Below, piece after piece: positions 57,777 to 64,000 of a stretch of DNA of 64,000 nucleotides; position 1 is the stretch's first letter; each line of letters begins with the position of its first letter. A program made the translations under genes and the position numbers. The DNA is taken from assembly GCA_034433795.1 (NCBI GenBank), contig DAOUAE010000013.1, forward strand, positions 1 to 64,000, in the 5' to 3' direction. Below the pieces are notes generated by a model. The model ran no database searches, had not been told where the DNA came from, and saw only the letters and a program-made list of their open reading frames with translations. Source of the stretch: Chloroflexota bacterium (GTDB taxonomy: Bacteria; Chloroflexota; UBA6077; FW602-bin22; DAOUAE01).

Positions 57777-58928
57777 ATGGACCTGGCCGCCATCCGGGCC
57801 GCACACCCGGCCCTGGCGCAGTGCATCTATCTCAACACCGGCACCTACGGCCTGACCCCCACACCGGTCGTCGAGCGTCTCCTCAGTCTGACCCGTCGCT
57901 TCGAAGAAGAGGGCGCGGTCGCCTACGCCGACCTCACGGCCCAGCTGGAGGCCGTTCGGGAGCGGGTGGCCGCCTGCCTGGGGGCTTCGCCGGACGAGAT
58001 CGCCTTCACCCGCAACGCCACCGACGGCGTCAACCTAGTCACCGCCGGTCTGGACTGGCGGCCGGGCGATGAGGTCGTGCTGTCGGACCAGGAGCATCCG
58101 GCGATGGATTACCCGTGGTCGTTTCTGGCCCAGACGCGGGGTGTCCGTGTGGTTCTCTTTCAGGTCGACCCTGACCCCCGGCGGACTCTGGCCAGCGTCG
58201 AGCGGGCGCTCTCGCCCCGGACGCGGGTGGTGGCCGCCAGCCACGTCAGCTGCCAGACGGGGATCCGGCTGCCGGTGGCCGAGATCTGCGCCCTGGCTCG
58301 CGCCCACGGCGCCCTCAGCCTGATCGACGGCGCCCAGGCCTTTGGCATGATTCCGGTCGACGTTCGGGCCATCGGCTGCGACTTCTACACCACCAACGGT
58401 CACAAATGGCTGTGCGGTCCTAAGGGCACGGGCTTTTTCTACATCCGCCGGGATCTTCTGGACCAGGTTCGTCCGGCGCACGTGGGCGCCGGCTCGGCCA
58501 GCCAGTTCACTGCCGACCGGCGGCTAGTGCTTCAGCCCTCGGCCCGGCGCTACGAGTTCGGCTCGCGCGCCCTGGCCACCCACGTGGCGGTGGGAGCGGC
58601 GCTGGACTGGTTCGATCAGATCGGCTGGGAGGCCATCAGCCAGCGGGTGCGGGCCCTGGCCACGCTGCTCAAAGAGCGTCTCCAGGCCGTTCCCGGCCTG
58701 GTCCTCCACACCCCCTGTGACTGGGCGGCCGCCTCGGGGCTGACCAGTTTCAGTCTGCCGGGGCTCGAGGCGGCCGGACTCCAGCGCCGGCTCTGGGAGG
58801 AGCACCGGATCGTCAGCCGGCTGGTCAGCGAGCGGAACGCCCTGCGTCTCTCAACCCACTACTTCAACACCGAGGAGGAGATCGAGCGCACGGTGGCCGT
58901 GCTGCATCAGCTCGCCCGGACGGCCTGA
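57777..58928 (+). CDS. class-V aminotransferase (cysteine desulfurase / isopenicillin-N epimerase-like)
   Basis: ATG after GGGAGGTGGGAGG. IYLNTGTYGLTP...FYTTNGHKWLCGPKGTGFFYIR (PLP lysine in NGHKW). Confidence 0.8.
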   Translation: MDLAAIRAAHPALAQCIYLNTGTYGLTPTPVVERLLSLTRRFEEEGAVAYADLTAQLEAVRERVAACLGASPDEIAFTRNATDGVNLVTAGLDWRPGDEVVLSDQEHPAMDYPWSFLAQTRGVRVVLFQVDPDPRRTLASVERALSPRTRVVAASHVSCQTGIRLPVAEICALARAHGALSLIDGAQAFGMIPVDVRAIGCDFYTTNGHKWLCGPKGTGFFYIRRDLLDQVRPAHVGAGSASQFTADRRLVLQPSARRYEFGSRALATHVAVGAALDWFDQIGWEAISQRVRALATLLKERLQAVPGLVLHTPCDWAAASGLTSFSLPGLEAAGLQRRLWEEHRIVSRLVSERNALRLSTHYFNTEEEIERTVAVLHQLARTA

Positions 58929-59006
58929 GCCGGTCCGGCCGGGCGCAGGCCGACGGGGAGCGGGCGGAGGCCCGTGAACGAGCCCGGCAGGCCACCTGGT
59001 CGGCTG

Positions 59007-59036
59007 TTGACAGGATCGCTGGGACCGGTCTACATT
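59007..59036 (+). promoter_or_regulatory. sigma-70-like promoter of acs (TTGACA-18-TACATT)
   Basis: gcTGTTGACAGGATCGCTGGGACCGGTCTACATTagg, 55 nt upstream of the acs ATG. Confidence 0.5.
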
Positions 59037-59090
59037 AGGAGCAACCAGACTATACAAAAAGCAGCTGGACGGCTGCGCGCGGAGGTGCCC

Positions 59091-61055
59091 ATGCAGGTCC
59101 AGGCTGGAACGATTGCCGCCCTCTTGCGAGAAGAACGGCGTTTCCCGCCCCCACCGGAGTTTGCCGCTCAGGCCAACGTCAGGGACCCGGCCATCTACAA
59201 GCGGGCGGCTGAGGACCCGGAGGGGTTCTGGGCCGAGCAGGCCGAGCGGCTGGACTGGTTCCGCAAGTGGGACCGAGTGCTGGAATGGAATCCCCCGTGG
59301 GCCCGGTGGTTCGTGGGCGGTGTTCTCAACGCCTGCTACAACTGCGTCGACCGCCATCTCAAGACCTGGCGCCGTAACAAGGCGGCGCTCATCTGGGAGG
59401 GCGAGCCGGGCGACGAGCGGGTCCTGACCTACCGCGATCTCTACCGCGAGGTCAACCGGGCGGCGCTGGCGCTCCGCCGTCTGGGTGTCCAGAAGGGTGA
59501 TCGGGTGGCCATCTACCTGCCGATGATTCCGGAGCTGCCCATCGCCATGCTGGCCTGCGCCCGGATCGGTGCGCCGCACACGGTGGTCTTTGGGGGCTTC
59601 AGCCCGGAATCGCTGCGCGACCGCATCAACGACAGTCAGGCCAAGATCCTTATCACCGCGGACGCCGGCTATCGTCGGGGGAACCTGGTGCCGCTCAAGG
59701 ACAACGCCGACGAGGCCTTGAAAGAGACCCCGAGTATTGAAAAGGTGCTGGTCGTCCGGCGGGTGGGTGAGCACGTCAAGCGGATCCACATGCAGCCCGA
59801 GCGCGATATCTGGTGGGAGGATGCGCTGGACGGGCTTGACGGTCAGGAGTGCCCGCCGGAGCCGGTGGATGCCGAGCATCCGCTCTACATCCTCTACACC
59901 TCGGGCACGACCGGCAAGCCCAAGGGGGTGCTCCACACCACCGCGGGCTATCTCCTGGGAGTCTCGCTCACCCATTACTGGGTCTTCGATCTCAAAGAAG
60001 AGGATGTGTACTGGTGCACGGCCGACATCGGCTGGGTCACCGGCCACAGTTACATCGTCTACGGCCCTCTGGCCAACGGTGCCAGTGTGGTGATCTACGA
60101 GGGGGCGCCGGACTATCCGGACAAGGACCGCTTCTGGCGGATCGTTGAGAAGTACGGGGTGACGATCCTCTACACCGCCCCGACGGCCATCCGGACGTTT
60201 ATGCGCTGGGGTGACGAATACCCGAAGCGCTGCAATCTGAGTTCGCTCCGGCTGCTGGGGACGGTCGGCGAGCCGATCAACCCCGAGGCCTGGATCTGGT
60301 ACCACCAGGTCATCGGCGGGGGGCGCTGCCCGGTGGTGGACACCTGGTGGCAGACCGAGACCGGCATGATCATGATCTCGCCGCTGCCCGGTCTGACTGT
60401 TCTCAAGCCCGGCTCGGCCACCAAGCCCCTGCCCGGCGTCGCCGCCGCCGTGCTCGACGACCGTGGCCAGCCCGTCCCGGTCAATACCGGCGGCTACCTG
60501 GTCCTGACACGGCCCTGGCCGGCGATGCTGCGGACGATCTGGGGTGACCCGGACCGCTACGTCCAGCAGTACTGGAGCCGCTTTCCCAACGTCTACTTCA
60601 CCGGCGACGGGGCCCGCATCGACGAGGACGGCGACTTCTGGCTGCTGGGTCGGGTGGACGACGTCCTGAACGTGGCCGGGCACCGCATCGGCACGATGGA
60701 GGTCGAGAGCGCGCTGGTCAGCCATCCCAAAGTGGCCGAGGCGGCGGTCATCGGCATCTCCCACGAGATCAAAGGGCAGGCCATCGTCGCCTTCGTCACC
60801 CCGCGGGCGGGGACCAGAGCCGACGAAGCCCTGAACGCCGAGCTGCGTGAGCACGTGGCGCGCAAGATCGGTCCCATCGCCCGGCCCGACCGCATCTACT
60901 TCACCTCGGAGCTGCCCAAGACCCGCAGCGGCAAGATCATGCGCCGGCTGCTCCGCGACATCGCCGAGGGGCGGGTCCTGGGCGACACCACCACCCTGAC
61001 CGACCCCAACGTCCTGGCCGAGATCAAACGGCAGTACGAGGAGCAGGAGAGCTAG
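59091..61055 (+). CDS. acs: acetyl-CoA synthetase (AMP-forming)
   Basis: [12 protein letters not shown] start after [38 protein letters not shown]. 654 aa. Confidence 0.9.
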   Translation: MQVQAGTIAALLREERRFPPPPEFAAQANVRDPAIYKRAAEDPEGFWAEQAERLDWFRKWDRVLEWNPPWARWFVGGVLNACYNCVDRHLKTWRRNKAALIWEGEPGDERVLTYRDLYREVNRAALALRRLGVQKGDRVAIYLPMIPELPIAMLACARIGAPHTVVFGGFSPESLRDRINDSQAKILITADAGYRRGNLVPLKDNADEALKETPSIEKVLVVRRVGEHVKRIHMQPERDIWWEDALDGLDGQECPPEPVDAEHPLYILYTSGTTGKPKGVLHTTAGYLLGVSLTHYWVFDLKEEDVYWCTADIGWVTGHSYIVYGPLANGASVVIYEGAPDYPDKDRFWRIVEKYGVTILYTAPTAIRTFMRWGDEYPKRCNLSSLRLLGTVGEPINPEAWIWYHQVIGGGRCPVVDTWWQTETGMIMISPLPGLTVLKPGSATKPLPGVAAAVLDDRGQPVPVNTGGYLVLTRPWPAMLRTIWGDPDRYVQQYWSRFPNVYFTGDGARIDEDGDFWLLGRVDDVLNVAGHRIGTMEVESALVSHPKVAEAAVIGISHEIKGQAIVAFVTPRAGTRADEALNAELREHVARKIGPIARPDRIYFTSELPKTRSGKIMRRLLRDIAEGRVLGDTTTLTDPNVLAEIKRQYEEQES

Positions 61056-61063
61056 GCCGGCCA

Positions 61064-61102
61064 CTGGCCGGGGAGAGGAACATCTCCCCGGCCAGTTTTT
61101 TT
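61064..61102 (+). terminator. intrinsic terminator of acs
   Basis: CTGGCCGGGGAGA-ggaaca-TCTCCCCGGCCAG followed by TTTTTTTATT. Confidence 0.6.
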
Positions 61103-62018
61103 ATTGGCAGGTAGCGGCGGACCCGTGATCTAGGGTCGGCAGGCCCACAAAGCCGGGCGTCCCGACCCAGACGGAAATTCCCGGTCATCGCCACCCGGCA
61201 GAGTGCTGGACGTGGTCCAGAGCGCGGAGCCGGCGTGCTCGTGAGCGAAACGCGGGGCGGCTGCGCAGTTTGCGAGCCGCAGCCGAACCAGGGACGGACC
61301 GATCCGCACCGCCATCGTGGCCGGGACCTGGACCATGGTCCGCTGGTCTGCGCTGCGACCGGTGGGGCGACAGCGAGCAGGAGCACCGCCCTAACGAACC
61401 GGGCGAGCGGCCAGATGGAACCCAGTCGGGCACGCCCGAGGGCCGCTGCCAGCGGTAGCGTCTCCCCCTCGACGAGGGGCCTCAACGGCCCGATCGCGCG
61501 AAGGCGCACCGGCCCCGGCCACTCCATTGATACGACCCTCCGGTCCGGTGCCGCCTCGGGCGCGGCCGTCCCGGTCAACACGCGGTTGGCGAACGTCACC
61601 GTCGCGGCCCCTTGATGCCGAGGGCCGGGGCGCTGGCGAGCGTCAGCGTGGTGCCGCGTCCGCGGATAGGCGTTGTGGTGGCAGAGGGCGCGGGCAGGAA
61701 CAGAATGTCGGCGACTACCCATTCTCGCCCGATCAGCCCCGAGGCGCCGTTAAACAGCGGATTCCCATCGGCTATTGCGGTTGGTCAGGTGTCCGGGATA
61801 CACCCTGTAAGAGGCGTGGATACGCGGGATAGGGTAGCGGGCCTGGCTTAGGGGCGGTGGAGACGGGCCCGTTACAGGTATGCCCCGGCGGGGATCGGGC
61901 TGTGCCCTCTGCCGGCCGACCGGGTGCGGGCTGGGAAGTCGCCGGCGCGTCTCCGGTATCGTTGGGGGCTGCGGGGTACCGGTGCCCGGTCTGGCTGGAG
62001 CGGCTTCTGGGGAGGGCT

Positions 62019-62047
62019 CTTGACAGATCGCGGGGAAGCCGTTAGGA
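62019..62047 (+). promoter_or_regulatory. near-consensus sigma-70 promoter (TTGACA-17-TAGGATAAT)
   Basis: ctcTTGACAGATCGCGGGGAAGCCGTTAGGATAATagc, followed by an unusually AT-rich leader and RBS TAGGAGTGA before ATG 62105. Confidence 0.55.
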
Positions 62048-62104
62048 TAATAGCGACTCTCTGGTTATATACCTGCGCATTTTCTTAATTTAGGAGTGAC
62101 AGAA

Positions 62105-62377
62105 ATGCCGGAGCAGAGGGCGTTCCCAGGGGTTCAGACCGGCGCTGGGGGGAGGCCACTCCTGACCGTCTGCCGGCGGGTTCTGGTGCAGTTGGCGCGC
62201 TCGCCGGGCGAAGCCTGGACGCTGGCTCGCCTGGGGGCGGCCCTGCGCTGGGACTACGATGTGGGGGTGCTGGCCTGGGCGTTGCGGCGGCTGGAGGGTC
62301 TGGGGTTGGTTCGGAGCGCCCGAGCGCCCGATGGTCAGCAGCGCTGGTGGCTGAGCGAGACCGATGTGAGGGCCTAG
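62105..62377 (+). CDS. small winged-helix DNA-binding protein (hypothetical regulator)
   Basis: 90 aa. LLTVCRRVLVQLARSPGEAWTLARLGAALRWDYDVGVLAWALRRLEGLGLVRSARAPDGQQRWWL has wHTH (MarR/PadR-like) character. Stop overlaps the next start (TAGATG). Confidence 0.45.
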   Translation: MPEQRAFPGVQTGAGGRPLLTVCRRVLVQLARSPGEAWTLARLGAALRWDYDVGVLAWALRRLEGLGLVRSARAPDGQQRWWLSETDVRA

Positions 62378-62863
62378 ATGCGCGGGTTGCTGGCGCGTTG
62401 GCGTGACTGGTGGCGTTCGCTGGCGGAGCGGCTGGTCGTCTGGCCGGCGCCGTTGGTTGCGCCGGTGCCGGCCGTGCGTGTGCTGGTTCTGGGGGAGCGG
62501 GCGCTGGACCTGGCGCGGGCGCTGGTCCAGGCGGGGTACACCGTCCAGACGGTGGAGAGCAGCGCCGTCGCGTTGCGTCTGGTGGCCCGGCGGTGGCCGA
62601 CGGTGGTGGTGCTGGTGCTGGACGGAGACGCCTTCGAACTCTGCTGGTTCGTGCAGGAGCTGCGGGCTTTTCCGGGGACGCCGCCGCCGGTGGTCGGCGT
62701 GGCCCGGAGCGCGCAGGACCACCTTTTCGCCGCGGGTCTGGCTCTTGACACCGTGCTTACGCCGGAAGGTCTGCTTGACTGGCTGCGTCAGTGGCCGGGT
62801 GGGCGGATGGCTCTGAGGGTGAGGCCAGGTGACCAGCCGGCGCCGCAGACCGGGGTGTCCTGA
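62378..62863 (+). CDS. atypical receiver (REC-like) domain protein
   Basis: VRVLVLGERALDLARALVQAGYTVQTVESSAVALRLVARRWPTVVVLVLDGDAFELC...VVGVARSAQ: CheY-like alternation, but the N-terminal acidic pair is GE instead of DD. Confidence 0.45.
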   Translation: MRGLLARWRDWWRSLAERLVVWPAPLVAPVPAVRVLVLGERALDLARALVQAGYTVQTVESSAVALRLVARRWPTVVVLVLDGDAFELCWFVQELRAFPGTPPPVVGVARSAQDHLFAAGLALDTVLTPEGLLDWLRQWPGGRMALRVRPGDQPAPQTGVS

Positions 62864-62921
62864 GGGGGGCGTGGGGCGAGACTGAGGCTGTCAGCCGTGC
62901 GCAGAGGAGAGTGGAGGGAAC

Positions 62922-63275
62922 GTGCCGCAATCGTTGCAGGTCTTTAAAGCCGACCTGTTCAAGGCCCTGGCTCATCCGACGCGGATTCGGATTCTCGAGC
63001 GTCTGCGGGAGGGGGAGCGGTCGGTAACCGAGCTCCAGCATGAGCTGGGGTTGGAGGGGCCGGTGGTCTCGCAGCAGCTGGCGGTGTTGCGGGCCAAGCA
63101 CATTGTTGAAGGCCGGAAGGAGGGGGTAAACGTCTACTACTCGGTCCGCGAGCCGCGGATCTTCGCTCTGCTGGACATCGCCCGGGAGATCTTCGCCAAC
63201 CACCTGCTCGATCTCCAGGCGATGGTTCGGGCTGAAGAGGAGGCGTTGCCGTCGGGGGCGCGGAGCCGGTCGTAG
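62922..63275 (+). CDS. ArsR/SmtB-family transcriptional regulator
   Basis: GTG after GGAGGG. LFKALAHPTRIRILERLREGERSVTELQHELGLEGPVVSQQLAVLRAKHIV is the canonical ArsR HTH. Confidence 0.8.
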   Translation: MPQSLQVFKADLFKALAHPTRIRILERLREGERSVTELQHELGLEGPVVSQQLAVLRAKHIVEGRKEGVNVYYSVREPRIFALLDIAREIFANHLLDLQAMVRAEEEALPSGARSRS

Positions 63276-63484
63276 GCGCTGGCCTGGGCTGGTTATCGAA
63301 GGGGGACGTCGGCTGGTCTGTCAGGGCCGGGGGTGAGAGCGGTTGGGGCGACTGCCTGGGGGTGGGAGAGGGTACCTCCGGCTCGGTGGAGCCAGCTTTG
63401 CGAGGTGTCGCTCGCTGGTTGCAGGGCAGGTGGTGGGCTTGACGGCCTGATGGGGGCTGGGCTATACTTAAAGACGCAGCGGAT

Positions 63485-63570
63485 GCGGGTGTGGCGGAAT
63501 TGGTAGACGCGCCAGCTTGAGGGGCTGTTGGGAGATCTCTCCCGTGGAGGTTCGAGTCCTCTCACCCGCA
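63485..63570 (+). tRNA. tRNA-Leu (anticodon GAG)
   Basis: Cloverleaf folded by hand. Acceptor GCGGGTG/CACCCGC, anticodon loop UUGAGGG, long variable arm, T-loop GGTTCGAGTCC, discriminator A. CCA not encoded. Confidence 0.85.
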
Positions 63571-63579
63571 CCCGGTCGA

Positions 63580-63651
63580 GCGGAAGTGGCTCAGTGGTAG
63601 AGCGTCTCCTTGCCAAGGAGAAGGTCGCGGGTTCGAATCCCGTCTTCCGCT
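63580..63651 (+). tRNA. tRNA-Gly (anticodon GCC)
   Basis: Acceptor GCGGAAG/CTTCCGC, anticodon stem TCTCC/GGAGA with loop TTGCCAA, T-loop GGTTCGAATCC, discriminator T. Confidence 0.85.
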
Positions 63652-63658
63652 CCCCTGT

Positions 63659-63732
63659 GGCGACGTAGCCAAGTGGTTTAAGGCGGAGGTCTGCAAAACC
63701 TCTATTCGGCGGTTCGAATCCGCCCGTCGCCT
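63659..63732 (+). tRNA. tRNA-Cys (anticodon GCA)
   Basis: Acceptor GGCGACG/CGTCGCC, anticodon stem GAGGT/ACCTC with loop CTGCAAA, T-loop GGTTCGAATCC, discriminator T. Confidence 0.85.
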
Positions 63733-63750
63733 CCGCCCGTGTGGCTGGTC

Positions 63751-63778
63751 GACCCCGTGAATGCGGGGTCGTTTTTTT
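63751..63778 (+). terminator. intrinsic terminator after tRNA cluster
   Basis: GACCCCG-tgaat-GCGGGGTC followed by GTTTTTTTCT. Confidence 0.55.
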
Positions 63779-63925
63779 CTGGGGGTGTTTCCTGTGGGGC
63801 GGAGAGAGGGTGAGTGGGCCGTGGGATTGGGGGTGGCGGAGTTGCACGGGCGATGGGCGACGCGGTATGCTTTAGACGCGGCGTGGGGTGGTAGGTTGCG
63901 GGGCGTGGCTCTTCGATTTTGACAG

Positions 63926-64000
63926 GCCGAAGTGGCGGAACGGCAGACGCGGCGGTCTCAAAAACCGCTGGGGGCGACCCCGTGGGGGTTCGAATCCCCC
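63926..64000 (+). tRNA. tRNA-Leu (anticodon CAA), 3' end truncated by window
   Basis: Acceptor GCCGAAG, anticodon stem GCGGT/ACCGC with loop CTCAAAA, long variable arm, T-arm GGGGGTTCGAATCCCCC. Window ends before the 3' acceptor strand. Confidence 0.7.

Noticed and set aside
61024-61722. 232-aa minus-strand ORF and 126-aa plus ORF (61235..61615) in the acs-downstream gap.
   Set aside because: Arg/Pro/His-rich with no frame-specific GC3 signal and no RBS. The minus ORF runs through the acs terminator hairpin and into the acs coding end. They are treated as non-coding and the region is flagged instead.

Overview
High-GC (~70%) bacterial chromosomal window with strong GGAGG-type ribosome binding sites, T-box regulation and a eukaryote/archaeal-type prolyl-tRNA synthetase. 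From the sequence alone I infer a Chloroflexota (Thermomicrobia-like) origin, but I cannot prove it. No rRNA, CRISPR array, transposase or integrase was seen. Coding density is high. Most long ORFs in the supplied track that lie antisense to the genes below are GC-rich shadow ORFs and were discarded.

Gene content in order:
- Nitrogen block: glnA (partial, 3' end off-window), a flotillin/SPFH gene, two small hypothetical ORFs, an Amt ammonium transporter, a PucR-family regulator and glutamine-dependent NAD synthetase.
- A small lipoprotein/DUF350/secreted-protein cluster.
- An operon of a CrtI-like FAD oxidoreductase plus two tandem homocysteine S-methyltransferase (HMT)-domain paralogues.
- Aldo-keto reductase, an enolase-superfamily enzyme, argS, an orphan sugar-type solute-binding protein, a MutY-like glycosylase, a glyoxalase-fold VOC enzyme, a Na+/Ca2+ (CaCA) antiporter and rpsT.
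- Two adjacent secreted HExxH metalloproteases, purine nucleoside phosphorylase, a stand-alone HNH endonuclease, two RCK (TrkA/KtrA-like) proteins and a universal stress protein.
- A ~1060-aa STAND ATPase-TPR-SARP regulator, followed by DUF5317, a receiver-domain protein, a DtxR-family regulator and a TPR protein.
- tgt plus a DUF2419 (Qng1-like) queuine-salvage gene, an orphan ParB, proS, and a T-box-controlled ilvB-ilvN-ilvC-leuA-leuB-cimA operon.
- A fused LivH-LivM permease, murQ plus a DUF1343 (NamZ-like) MurNAc-recycling pair, an ACC-deaminase-family gene, an SDR, a class-V aminotransferase, acs, an ArsR regulator and a tRNA cluster (Leu-GAG, Gly-GCC, Cys-GCA, partial Leu-CAA).

Findings most worth follow-up:
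1. A ydaO/kimA-class c-di-AMP riboswitch with an intrinsic terminator lies directly upstream of two tandem DarA-like (PII-like c-di-AMP receptor) genes.
2. An unlisted SelW/Rdx-like selenoprotein gene has an in-frame TGA exactly at the CxxU position.
3. The ilv-leu leader carries two T-box consensus sequences, each followed by an intrinsic terminator.
4. A ~0.9-kb ORF-poor region precedes a near-consensus promoter driving a winged-helix plus atypical-receiver gene pair.
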